A DNA stretch of 46,468 nt from Craspedostauros australis (taxonomy: Eukaryota): positions 1 to 46,468 of the forward strand of contig JALAGF010004432.1 of the NCBI GenBank assembly GCA_030167865.1, in the 5' to 3' direction. This document shows, piece after piece, positions 22,808 through 33,148 of the stretch. A model generated the notes under the pieces. That model saw nothing but the letters and a program-made list of their open reading frames with translations. It ran no database searches and was not told the origin of the DNA. Position 1 is the first letter of the stretch. Each line of letters opens with the position of its first letter. The position numbers and the translations under genes were made by a program.

Positions 22808-24637
22808 TTACTGCTGACACACCGACAGCAAGGCGCTGCACAGGACGGACACGACCGTGTCGATATCCTTCTTGGTGTGCAACGCCGTGACCGTCAATCG
22901 GATGGCCGGTGCCAGTTCCGTGTTGAGGGGTGTGTTGGCGGCCTGCTTGCCCGTGGCGACGACCGCGACACCCTGACGCAGGCACTCCCGCATCACGGTG
23001 CTGAGGATCTTGGCCTCGTTGGGGATCTCGTCCTCGAATTGGGTGACGACGATGGGCGAGCGTTCGTCGCTGGTGACCACCATGGGAACGATCTTCTTGA
23101 CGAGAGCGTTTGTCTTGTCGTTGTTACCGTCGCCGTTGCTGCTGCTGCCGTTGGTCTTCTTGGAGTCCTTCTTCTTGCCCTTGCTGGATTTGTTTGCTGG
23201 TTGTTCGTCGTTGGCGCTGGCGAGCTTGGCGTTGGTGTCGTGCAGCTTCGCCTTGAGCTGTTCGTACATGTAACTGAGGTTGGTCTGCAAAGATGAGTAG
23301 ATCTTGGGCTCGTTCTCCATGGTGTGCAGGGAAGAGATCGCGGCACTGGCAGTGAAGGGTGGTGCCGACGCGCTGAAGCAGTACCCTGCTCCCGACAGAC
23401 GCTGATGATCGACGACCTCCTCGTTGCCCACCGTGACACCGCCGACGCTGCCCAAGGAGTTCTCCAGAGCGATGGTGATGATCTCGGCATCGTACATGGG
23501 ACGCTGCCCGTGCAACTCGAGGGCGCCCTTGCCGGTCTTGCCCAGCGAACCGAAGGAGAAGGACTCATCGAGGATCATGCGGTAGTGGTACTTGTGCTTG
23601 AGCTTGACGAGCTGATCGAGCGGGCAGATGGTGCCGAGGTTCTTGTAGAGACCTTCGACGACGATGAAACGCCTCTGGGCATTGGAGGCGCGCTTGAGCT
23701 TCTTGTCCGTCTGCTGAACCTCCATGAGGACGCGTTCCAGATCCTCCATGTCGTTGTGCTTGAACCACTTGACGGTGGCACGCGAGAGCAGCACGCCGGT
23801 GAGCAGGGGCTCGTAAACGCCCTCGTCCACGATGAGGAGGTCGCCCCTCTTGGCGAAGGCAGCGACGGTGGAGGAGCACGTGGATGCGCCATCGGAGTAC
23901 ATGATGGCACCTTCCGTCTTGGTGAATTTGGAAATTTCCTCCTCGAGCTGCAGATGCGTGTCGATAGTTCCGTAGAAACCTCGCGGGCCGCAGGATCCGC
24001 AGCCGTACTTGTTGAGGGCCTCCTTGGACGCGTCCTTGATGGCGCTGCTGTCGCCCTTGCTGACATCGACATTCACGTTGTCTCCATCATGCGATTGCAT
24101 TCCCCATAAATCGAAGCTGGCAAAGTTGAGGACGCTCCTGACATTGGCTCCAGCCGTCTTGTTCGCAGATGCGCTCTGCTCATCGGCAATCTCAATCTCC
24201 ATGAACCGCCCCCTCTGCTTGTGCACCACCACGGACACGGTGTCACCCAACGGAGACGAGGCTGACGAGTTGTCTTCCGAATCCACGGTCGACGACGGTG
24301 CCAGCGGCGCGCGTCCCTTCGTCTTCCACTCGCGCAGCAGATCGTTCTGCTCCCTGCTCGACAACCGCTCCGTCTCATGCTGCCGGTAGCCTTCCGTGTT
24401 GCGCGACACGACCATGTAGACGATGCTGAGGATGAGCGTCGTCTCCACGAAGACGTGCAGCGGGTCCTTGGAGACGAGGTTCCACCACCAGTCCTTGTAC
24501 TGCATTGGGAAGGAGACGAGTCCCTCCCAAGCGGCGGCCGGTGAGGATGGCAGTGGGTAGGCCGAGGCCACGTAGATCCACTCGTACAGCGAGCTTCCGG
24601 CCCTCACGCCGAGCTGGTACATTGCTGGGAACAACAT
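22808..24637 (-). CDS. LCB1: Serine palmitoyltransferase subunit 1 (LCB1/SPTLC1), 609 aa
   Basis: KYGCGSCGPRGFYGTIDTHLQLE, FAKRGD, WFKHNDMEDLE, RRFIVVEGLY, ILDESFSFG, HQRLSGAGYCFSASAPP. ALENSLGSVGG lacks the PLP-binding Lys, as expected for LCB1 rather than LCB2. N-terminal TM segment present. Confidence 0.95.
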   Translation of the reverse strand: MLFPAMYQLGVRAGSSLYEWIYVASAYPLPSSPAAAWEGLVSFPMQYKDWWWNLVSKDPLHVFVETTLILSIVYMVVSRNTEGYRQHETERLSSREQNDLLREWKTKGRAPLAPSSTVDSEDNSSASSPLGDTVSVVVHKQRGRFMEIEIADEQSASANKTAGANVRSVLNFASFDLWGMQSHDGDNVNVDVSKGDSSAIKDASKEALNKYGCGSCGPRGFYGTIDTHLQLEEEISKFTKTEGAIMYSDGASTCSSTVAAFAKRGDLLIVDEGVYEPLLTGVLLSRATVKWFKHNDMEDLERVLMEVQQTDKKLKRASNAQRRFIVVEGLYKNLGTICPLDQLVKLKHKYHYRMILDESFSFGSLGKTGKGALELHGQRPMYDAEIITIALENSLGSVGGVTVGNEEVVDHQRLSGAGYCFSASAPPFTASAAISSLHTMENEPKIYSSLQTNLSYMYEQLKAKLHDTNAKLASANDEQPANKSSKGKKKDSKKTNGSSSNGDGNNDKTNALVKKIVPMVVTSDERSPIVVTQFEDEIPNEAKILSTVMRECLRQGVAVVATGKQAANTPLNTELAPAIRLTVTALHTKKDIDTVVSVLCSALLSVCQQ

Positions 24638-25638
24638 CGTGGCGTTGTTCCGTTAGATGGGGTGCTGAATGGAGAGATATACCCTGGTGTTGCCTGGAGC
24701 CTTGCCTGGAGCCTTGCTCGGAGGAACCTTTCGAAGAATCCGGATGCGTCAAATGGCGAAGGCGAGCGAACTCAATCGCGAAATTTTGGCTCTCTTGGTA
24801 TTACACTTCCGCAGGGATGCTGAAGAATTATATCACAATTGACGCTGCTGTTGCTCTTTGTTACGACTATGTTGCACAGGATGTTTGTGCTTTGCTATGC
24901 CAAGGCTTGTGGGATCGTACTTGTATCAGTTGGTATTGTCATCAACCCTCCGGACCAATGACGATCTTTGTGCAGAGAGTTGTTGTTGTTGTGCGGATTG
25001 GTGTGTTGTGTTCTGAATACGCGAACGCGCATCTGCACGTGTTTTCGCAGTGGCGGCCTGGCGAATTCGACAGATGTGATTCGTTCATGATCGAGTCACG
25101 ATTGAATAACGGGTCACGCATTTCTTCTTCGTTCTTTCTCTTTGCGTCGACTTGGTTGGCTTCGCTGTGCTAACTCCGCTGTGCGAGTCGTGATGTTGGC
25201 TTTGCTCTGTGTCGGCCATGGCGGGATGTTGTCGGTGGCATGTCGGAGGCAACAATCACACACAACAAGGGTGACATTTGGATGAAGTCGAGTGGAGTGG
25301 TGAGTCTCATTGTTGTCGACGTTGACGTTGGCATTGCCCAAACATTGGCTTCTTTTTCTGTTCTGCGTCTTTCGTGGCCCTCGCGCTCGCGCTCTCATGC
25401 ATCGTGGATCCTGCACGCTCCGTTTCGGTGGTCCTGCAATCTGATGGCAATCGATTTCAGCTCGTCGATCAACCATCAACTTCACTTCTATCTCATTCTT
25501 GCCTTCTCCATCATGTTCGTGATATCATGGCGTCCCTCTGTCTGAATCCTTCGGTCATCAACATCGCCCACTTCGTCGATACAGCCCATCGCTCCTCGCC
25601 AAGATAGCGCCACCAACATCCACACACGAACACGCAGA

Positions 25639-25932
25639 ATGGCAAGATTAGTCGTCTGCGGCGTGGTGACATTGTGCTTGTGCGTCGCGTCGACGCACGC
25701 GTTTGCGCCACAGCGGCAATCGCGTAACAGGCCGTTGTTGGCATCTCCAGAGCAAGAATTGGAGATGTTGCAGGAGCGGTTGAGCAGCATTGACGATGAT
25801 CTCAACAATGGTGACGGCAACTCCGATACTGTCGAGTTGCAAGCACAAAAGGAAGCGATCGAGAAGAAGATGGAAGTACTGGCGGAAGAACTGGTGCAGC
25901 TGTGGATGGGTGCAAAATCGATGGACGGATGA
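25639..25932 (+). CDS. Small plastid-targeted coiled-coil protein of unknown function, 97 aa
   Basis: Signal peptide ending STHA-FAP (ASAFAP-like), a short basic transit peptide, then an acidic helical hairpin. Confidence 0.7.
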   Translation: MARLVVCGVVTLCLCVASTHAFAPQRQSRNRPLLASPEQELEMLQERLSSIDDDLNNGDGNSDTVELQAQKEAIEKKMEVLAEELVQLWMGAKSMDG

Positions 25933-26467
25933 ACTGCCCGTTGTGAAATCAGTGGACGACTCTGGGATTCAGTGATGGCTGCTCTCATCCTCTCGATCAA
26001 ATCTCCACGAGTATGCAGTGCGAGCATTCAGAAAGATCACGTCACTGCAATTCATTCGGAGAACAGTTGACTCTCTGGAGAGTACTTTACGTGTGTTCTC
26101 ATGCTTCTGATTCCACTCCATATCATGCTCATGCTGATGTATAGCTTGCCTACTATAGCGGACATGACAGGACTATGAATCACACACCAATATCGTCTGT
26201 CTGCACTACTCTCTAGAATACCACATAACAAGGTGGGGTTTATAGTCGTAGCAGAGAAGTACGATCCGTACTGCGAGTACGTGGATGCATTGGAGGACAT
26301 CACATCACATGACCAGTGTCGTCAGTCCCCAAAAGCCAATCGTCGCCTTGTTGGCATTTTCCAAAAGGACAAATTCATCAGAATCCCGAAATTCCCCACA
26401 CGACATTTTGCGGCACCATCTCCTGGACACATCACATCACCGACAGACCCCTGCAATCCCCCTCCGC

Positions 26468-27187
26468 ATGATGGCTACAATCATCAACTTCCTTTCACTA
26501 ATGCAGCTGTTGCGACTGCTGTTCATTTTGTCAACCATCAACACCATCAGCACCATCAGCACCGTCCACGCATTTGCCTTTGCATGCGCATCGAATGGGC
26601 CATCATCTCCACCATCTCGACGCCACTCACATTTGCAGAGCGCACAAATTTATCACGGGCTGGATGACGCTAGCCCCAGTGTCATTGCTGGAACATTCCA
26701 CAAGAAACAGGACGCCGCCATCCCAACGTCGCACAGCGCCGATACCATCCCGCAAACCACATGGTACATCGACGGCAACAACTTGAAAGGACAACAGAAG
26801 GTCCCCTCCAATCGCGAGGAAATCGTGCACCTGCTGCGACCGATGGCACGCGAGCGTCACACCAACTCGAAGCGCCGCCGCAACAAGCCATCCAGAACGA
26901 ACGTCGTGCTGGTATTTGATGGACGATGCGGTGAGGTCGGATCGTCAACTACCAATGACGGCAGGTTCACGACGATCATCACGCAATTGCCCGAATCAGC
27001 AGACGATCGGTTGGTCGCGACAATTCGTGAGCATGCGGACCACCGCGCCTATCTCGTCACGGCCGACAAGGAACTGATCCAACGCGTTGCCGAGCTGCGT
27101 GCCCTGAACGGTGGCTGCGTCGTGCATCCTTCCAAGTTCTGGAATCAGTACTTGCCCAATTTGATTGGGACATCGCGGGCGGCGTGA
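26468..27187 (+). CDS. YacP/Rae1-like NYN-domain (PIN fold) ribonuclease, probably plastid-targeted, ~239 aa
   Basis: YIDGNN, VVLVFDG, SADDRLV and LVTADKEL supply the four acidic NYN motifs. Hydrophobic N-terminus ending VHA-FAF plus a Ser/Arg transit-like segment. The ORF is open from a GTG/TTG-type start at 26285; ATG 26468 is preferred. Confidence 0.82.
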   Translation: MMATIINFLSLMQLLRLLFILSTINTISTISTVHAFAFACASNGPSSPPSRRHSHLQSAQIYHGLDDASPSVIAGTFHKKQDAAIPTSHSADTIPQTTWYIDGNNLKGQQKVPSNREEIVHLLRPMARERHTNSKRRRNKPSRTNVVLVFDGRCGEVGSSTTNDGRFTTIITQLPESADDRLVATIREHADHRAYLVTADKELIQRVAELRALNGGCVVHPSKFWNQYLPNLIGTSRAA

Positions 27188-27406
27188 AGCGGGCATTGTG
27201 GTGGCGGTGGCGGTGGCGGTGGCGGTGGTTGGATGATAGTTGTGCTGTAGGTGACGTGAGATGGTACGTATAATAGAATTGTAGAGTCGATCAATTTCTG
27301 ATAGGAGAGTACGTTCCACTCTGCTCGATTATACTTTCCTTGCTGAATGGATCATGAGTATTAGTAGTAGATCGTGGAGTTGTTGAGCAGTTGAGGATCT
27401 GTCTCA

Positions 27407-27429
27407 TCTCTCTCTCTCTCTCTCTCTCT
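27407..27429. repeat. (TC)11 microsatellite
   Basis: Direct reading. Confidence 0.85.
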
Positions 27430-27805
27430 AGCTTCAATGGACAAAGCTGGCGCGATCATTCGTGACTGGACATCGGCGACACGTACGTATCTCCGACTCA
27501 CAAAACAAACAAATCAAGCAACTGCCACACACAACAACACCAACTCAGACACACCGACCATGACGATGACAGCACAAACCGCCAACGCCAACGACATCGC
27601 GAACTCTCCTCTTGTTGCTCACAACGCACACAATCTACCGAGCACAACTACCCATCAAGTGATTCATCACTCAGCTCGATCTTCGCTCCATCTCCGCTCG
27701 ATCCATTTCATTCATTTCAAGCGAAAGCAGTCAATCGATCAAACCTTCGAAAAGGTCTGGCACAGCAACACACACACACACACTGGCGCATACCATACAC
27801 TGAAG

Positions 27806-28697
27806 ATGAAGATCGTTGCATCCAACATCGCCATGGTGGCCGTGGCGGCCATGTCCACGAGCGGCGTTTCGGGTTTCATGGCTCCGCACAACAAGATCCA
27901 GTTCGCCAACCAGCAGCAGAAGCAGCAGGTGACGCAATCCAGCTCCCAGATGTCCATGGTGGGTGGCCCCGTGCTGCAGAAGGTCGCCGTGCGTGCTGGC
28001 ATCGCCGCCGCAAGCGTCGCTGTGGCAGGCACGGGCTTCGTCAAGCTCTTTCTGGACCGACCCTCGCGAACGTACGGAGAAAACACGGTCGCCGACGAGT
28101 ACGATGCCTGGACGGAGGAGGGCATCCTGGAGTACTACTGGGGCGAGCACATTCATCTGGGATACTATTCCGAAGCGGAGCGCTACATGTTCAAGCCCCT
28201 CAACGAGGCGCAGTACACCTTCATCGACGAGATGATGAAACTGGGCGGGATCGATCCATCGACGGACAGCAACGCCAAGGTCCTCGACGTCGGCTGCGGA
28301 TTCGGCGGCACGTCACGGTACCTGGCCCGCAAATTGGGACCCAACGCCGAGGTGACGGCCATCACGCTGAGCCCCAAGCAGGTGGAGCGCGCCACGGAGC
28401 TGGCCGTCGAACAGAACACGCCCAATGCCAAGTTCATGGTGCAGGATGCTTTGGCCATGGACTTTCCCGACAACAGCTTCGACATCGTGTGGGCCTGCGA
28501 GAGCGGCGAGCACATGCCGGACAAGAAGGCCTACATCGAGCAGATGATGCGCGTCCTCAAGCCGGGCGGCAAGTTCGTCATGGCGACGTGGTGCCAGCGC
28601 GATGATAAGGTCGTGCCATTCGATAAGCGCGATCAGCGGGATCTGCAGTATCTGTACGAGGAATGGTGCGTGCGATCTCTATTCATGGTTGTGCACG

Positions 28698-28731
<34 letters not shown>

Positions 28732-29270
28732 ATTGCCATTACATATCATGAATGCTGCTACTGTGTGTGTGTGTGTGAAAGACGAATGAATCATCACAGA
28801 GACGGCGACCAATTGCGTCGTCGCATGTTCAATTGAGGATACGCAATCGATCTCATTTCTCACACAACAATGCACCGCCTGCCACTGCTGCAACTATTCA
28901 TTGATCCACCATTTCACATGCATCGGAATACTGGACCCAAAACAAATACTTCACAAAACATACCACTCGCCGCTAATCCACTCGATACAGGACACACCCG
29001 TACTTCATCTCCAAAGAGGACTACGGCGTCCTGATCGACAACACGGGCATGATGAACCCCGTCAAGATCGAGAATTGGGTGAAGGAGACCATCAACAGCT
29101 GGCGTCACACCGTCTTCAAGGGCGCCAAGGATCCACGGGGGTGGATCTTCAAACCACGCAAGTACGTCAAGGTCGTGCGCGATGCCTACTGTCTCGAGCG
29201 CATGCACCGTGCTTTCAAGCGCGGTCTCATGGAGTACGGAATGTTCGCTGCCACCAAGAAGTCGGAGTAA
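27806..29270 (+). CDS. Plastid SAM-dependent MPBQ/MSBQ methyltransferase, cyanobacterial type (gamma-tocopherol MT superfamily); exons 27806-28665 and 28991-29270
   Basis: Presequence ending VSG-FMAP; YDAWTEEGILEYYWGEHIHLGYY, VLDVGCGFGGTSRYLA, WACESGEHMPDK, RVLKPGG. The intron joins TG+G to give EEWTHPYFIS...ETINSWRH...MHRAFKRGLMEYGMF. Confidence 0.9.
28666..28990 (+). other. Spliceosomal intron (325 bp) containing (TTGA)n at 28698-28731 and a (TG)n run
   Basis: Donor GTGCGT at 28666, branch GCTAAT near 28972, acceptor CAG at 28988-28990. Removal restores the conserved W-x-HP motif. Confidence 0.88.
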
Positions 29271-29560
29271 AACGTACGTGTTCGAAAGCTGCGAATGCAA
29301 AGCAAACAGTAAAGAATACTCTCAAGCACGTGACAGCAAGTTGTATCGTGGCAACATGCCAATGCCAATTCAAATGCAAGTGGAATGATTAATAGCAGAG
29401 CCATTCTACTCGTACATTATGGTGGAGGCATCCTGTTCTGCATTGGGACAGAGGATGCGCAAATGTAGTTGCGCATGTGCGAATGAAGGGATGATTCATT
29501 CGTTTCCGCCATGGCCAACTCCCGTGGAGTAGGTCGTACTCTATTCAACCCCGCTCTCGT

Positions 29561-29899
29561 CTAATAATCCATCAGCACGAATTTGACGAATGCTGCAGTC
29601 GCTGCCACCGAGAGGACCAACGTGAGAGCGTACGGTGCCAAGTATCCTGCAAATCCTTTGCCATCGAATCCCGCAGCATCCTGCGATGATTCCTCATCGT
29701 CATTCTGAGACATCCATCGTTTGCTTGTGGATGTCGTCATGATCGTCGCGGTTGTGTGCCATCTGTGTGCAGCAACAGGGCTGCGTCCCATCTCACAACT
29801 GCGGCATCGCTGCGGTTGAACTTGAAATCCATTCGCAGCAATGGTGGCAATTGCTGCGATGGCCATCCACGACATTCCTCTTCTTCCCATCATCATCAT
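29561..29899 (-). CDS. Small plastid-targeted single-pass membrane protein of unknown function, 112 aa
   Basis: Signal peptide ending ANG-FQV, an Arg/Ser/Thr-rich transit peptide, an acidic linker, then GFDGKGFAGYLAPY and a C-terminal hydrophobic helix. Confidence 0.72.
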   Translation of the reverse strand: MMMMGRRGMSWMAIAAIATIAANGFQVQPQRCRSCEMGRSPVAAHRWHTTATIMTTSTSKRWMSQNDDEESSQDAAGFDGKGFAGYLAPYALTLVLSVAATAAFVKFVLMDY

Positions 29900-30331
29900 T
29901 TGTTAGCTTGGAGCCGACTCGAATGGTGCAATGCCTGCAGTCGTATGAAACGAGTACACTGACGCCACGGAGGGTGTTGCGCAAGACGCTTGGCCATGGT
30001 CGATCTCCCAAACAAGTTGAACAGTGTGGATTTGTTCGAGCGTGGTGGTCCACGATTTGGTCTGGATGACAGGTTTGAATCACGAATGTCAAGATCGTCC
30101 AGTCTTGGCACGTTTGAAGATGTGAGAAAGAAATCAAACGAAGAACAAATGAGGAAGGACGCGGAGAGAGATCTCGCGGCGGAGGAAGGGCGCTCGCCAC
30201 CAAGGCATCACAACTCAGCACCGCCTGGAAGTCTTCCACACCAACAGAATAGGTAATACAATCCGAGTATAGTATTGCAATAGTCATCACACGATCGTGT
30301 CATCACTCCTTGGTGTCGCGCGCGCTCCACG

Positions 30332-31732
30332 ATGATCAGTCTTAACATCCGCATCGCAGGCATCAAGCTCTTCGTCTTGATCGTCCCGTGGTTGATTGCA
30401 TCAAGTACGAACCTGTTCTGCCCCAACTTGAAGGACGACGGTGGCAGCGGCGCTTTCCTTCCAACAGTCGATGCATCATTCATCACGGGCAATACTTCGT
30501 TCAACGGTGGCAAGCAGAAGCAGCAACGGCAACAAGAAGAGAAATCGGAGGGACATGGCGCATGGCAAACCGGGCAACATACAAGAACCACCGCTCGCAT
30601 GGCCGACGCTGGCGTGAATCTGAAGGCCGCAGCGATCGATGATCTTACAGCGCGGCGTCCCATCCCGGAAAAGGTCATCATTGGCTACGCGACCACCTGC
30701 GATGACAAGGTCAAGCATGTCATCCGGCAGGGCGTCAACGTCGTCATTTGGGCGTTCTTTGATGTCAAGCGGAACGGCAATGCCAACAGCATTGTGGGAG
30801 CTTCTGCTGACGATACCAACGATGATACACAGCAGCAAGCCACGTTGGAGGGCAGCTTGGATCTTGAATGCATCCAGCAGCTCATCGCAGACCTGGACGC
30901 CGAAGGGTACGATGACACGCTTCACCTCACGGCTTTCGGCGGCTGGAACGGCGCGCATCTCGACCCGTCCTTCCAATCCGCAGAAGACTGGTACCAATCC
31001 TGGAAGGACGTTGCCGGCCACATCTTCCACGGCATCGACTGGGATCTGGAAGGCAACGACGATCTGCAGTCCCCCTACAACTACTTCTCCATGCGCACGC
31101 TGCACATGATGGGCGGCATCAGCCGGCTGGCCAAACGGGACGGATACGTCGTCACGATGGCGCCGGCGCAGTCCTACCTCGACATCCAATCGTCTCGCTT
31201 CAGCCGGTACGTCAACCTCACCGACCCCTTACGCACGTGGCACGCCGACTTTCATTACTTCGGTGCCAACGTCTACGCCTACTTGCTGGCGCAGTACGGC
31301 GACGCCATCGACCTCGTCTCCGTCCAGTTCTACGAGAGCTACTCGCGCGCGGCCCTCGAAGTCTTTCATCACGGCCTCATCCCCGAGGCTTACCTCAAGT
31401 TCTACGTGCGCGATCACGCCGATCGCGACGAGCGGTTCTTCGTCGAGTTCGATGACGACGACGATTGCGATGTGCCGAGTCAGGAGGTCCAGCTGCCATT
31501 GTCCAAGCTGGTGCTGGGCTTCACGAATGTGAGGCTCGAGGGGCACAAGATGATCTACTTTCCCATCGAGTGCGTGCAAGCGGCGTATCAGGATCTCGTG
31601 GATCAGGAGATCACGCCGCGCGGGTTCATGTACTGGTGCATCGAAGAGGAGGATGTGGATGGCATGGATTATGCCAAGGATCTCAACAGCGTCCTGCATG
31701 TTCGGGGCAGCGGCGTTGCGGAGGAGTCGTGA
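30332..31732 (+). CDS. Glycoside hydrolase family 18 (chitinase-like) protein with N-terminal signal/anchor, 466 aa
   Basis: TIM-barrel GH18 motifs: VIIGY, NVVIWAF, AFGGWNG, HGIDWDLE (DxDxE), VTMAP, SVQFYE, KLVLGF, RGFMYW. Confidence 0.88.
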   Translation: MISLNIRIAGIKLFVLIVPWLIASSTNLFCPNLKDDGGSGAFLPTVDASFITGNTSFNGGKQKQQRQQEEKSEGHGAWQTGQHTRTTARMADAGVNLKAAAIDDLTARRPIPEKVIIGYATTCDDKVKHVIRQGVNVVIWAFFDVKRNGNANSIVGASADDTNDDTQQQATLEGSLDLECIQQLIADLDAEGYDDTLHLTAFGGWNGAHLDPSFQSAEDWYQSWKDVAGHIFHGIDWDLEGNDDLQSPYNYFSMRTLHMMGGISRLAKRDGYVVTMAPAQSYLDIQSSRFSRYVNLTDPLRTWHADFHYFGANVYAYLLAQYGDAIDLVSVQFYESYSRAALEVFHHGLIPEAYLKFYVRDHADRDERFFVEFDDDDDCDVPSQEVQLPLSKLVLGFTNVRLEGHKMIYFPIECVQAAYQDLVDQEITPRGFMYWCIEEEDVDGMDYAKDLNSVLHVRGSGVAEES

Positions 31733-31734
31733 TG

Positions 31735-31761
31735 GGTTTGGTTTGGTTTGGTTTGGTTTGG
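31735..31761. repeat. (GGTTT)5 pentanucleotide repeat immediately after the GH18 stop codon
   Basis: Direct reading. Confidence 0.8.
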
Positions 31762-31966
31762 GGATTTGCAGAGTGAAGAGTGTTTGTGTTGACTTTTCAT
31801 GTTGACTTTTCATGTTGGAACATCGATGTCAACACCAACAATACTCGTACGGTACAATCACATGATAAGTGCTTCCACTACGATGATGTAATATCACTTA
31901 GCACCACATCTTGAATAAGCTCTACTCGACTCGCTAATTGACTGTTTCGCATGGAGCACTCGTACT

Positions 31967-33148
31967 CTACATATCCTTCTTGTCGACATCGATGTTGGAT
32001 GTGCTGGTATCCCGCATGGCTTCCCGCGCAATGCCCATGATCCCTGACGGCATGATCGGAATCGAAGCCGACGACGCCTTGCTGGATTCATCCAACACCT
32101 TGGCAAACGGAACTGCTGTTTCCTGCACGCTCTTGCGCTGCACCCGCGACGAATCGACGCCGTTGCTGCTCGATTGCGGATTGGCGCAGCTGGATGCATT
32201 CAACGCGACGGCGTCCTTCAGAAAGGCCGCGATGGCATCCCAATACGGCTGCTTCCCCAGCATCCATGTCTCATTGTGGGTGCCGTCCGGAACGACGTGC
32301 AACCGCAGCAGCTTGGACAGCTTCGTCATCTTCCACAGCTGCAGCATGTGGGCGTGCGGCACGAGGGTGTCCTTGGCGCCGGCGAGGTACAGCACGGGGC
32401 TCTGCAAATGGGGCACGATGTATTCCGAATGCCAGCCAATGCGCAGCACCAGCGCCTTGAGAGGAGCGATGAAGGGCATGAGATGATCCACCATCTTGGA
32501 GATGCTGAGGAAGGTGTTCTCCACGATGACGCCAGCGAGGGGTATTCCATTCTGCTCGGCGTACTGCGCCAGATGGAAGGCGACGGCGCCACCCAGCGAC
32601 CGGCCAAACAAAAAGATCTGCGAGGCATCCACCTTGGGATGCTTGGAGATGTGGCGCAGCGCGGCCTCGGCATCCAGCTTCAAACCAGCCTCGCTGGGCG
32701 TCGCATTGTCGCTGTCCCCGTAGCCGCGGTACTCCACCATGAAGACGTTGGCATCGAGGTACTGCAGCATCTGCATGGCGTTCGGCAATCGCAGGCCGAT
32801 GTTGCCCGCGTTGCCATGAAAGAAGACCAGCGTCGGGATGCTGCGCTTCGTCTGCGATCGCAGCATGAGCCACGCGTGGACGTGCACACCGTCCGAACAG
32901 GCCACGCGCTCCTCCAGGAACGGGATCTGATGCTCCGACGGGCTGCGATACCTTCGCGGGTTCTGGCTGGGCCGTCGCGGCAGTCCGCCGACCTCGGGGA
33001 AGTACAGCATCGAGTCCTGCTTGAAGTACAGCAACGTCGCGACGACGGCGCCCAGCCCAAACGTGATCTTCCCCATCCTCCAGGCGAACAGCGCCGTCGA
33101 TCGCACGATCCAATTCATCACGCCTGCATTGTCGGCAGTTGTCGTCAT
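31967..33148 (-). CDS. ABHD13: ABHD13/Bem46-family alpha/beta hydrolase with N-terminal membrane anchor, ~393 aa
   Basis: LYFKQDSMLYFP, FFHGNAGNIGLRL, VEYRGYG, PSEAGLKLDA, nucleophile FGRSLGGAVA, ENTFLSI, GAKDTLVP (Asp), GTHNETW (His). The start could be 33196, 33148 or the next Met. Confidence 0.9.
   Translation of the reverse strand: MTTTADNAGVMNWIVRSTALFAWRMGKITFGLGAVVATLLYFKQDSMLYFPEVGGLPRRPSQNPRRYRSPSEHQIPFLEERVACSDGVHVHAWLMLRSQTKRSIPTLVFFHGNAGNIGLRLPNAMQMLQYLDANVFMVEYRGYGDSDNATPSEAGLKLDAEAALRHISKHPKVDASQIFLFGRSLGGAVAFHLAQYAEQNGIPLAGVIVENTFLSISKMVDHLMPFIAPLKALVLRIGWHSEYIVPHLQSPVLYLAGAKDTLVPHAHMLQLWKMTKLSKLLRLHVVPDGTHNETWMLGKQPYWDAIAAFLKDAVALNASSCANPQSSSNGVDSSRVQRKSVQETAVPFAKVLDESSKASSASIPIMPSGIMGIAREAMRDTSTSNIDVDKKDM

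Noticed and set aside
27437-27805. N-terminal ORF extensions (also 16994-17254, 21430-21681, 26285-26467, 34313-34456, 43180-43287)
   Set aside because: These are A/C-rich leader-like or repeat sequence. Downstream ATGs give proper signal peptides or mark the start of coding-like composition.
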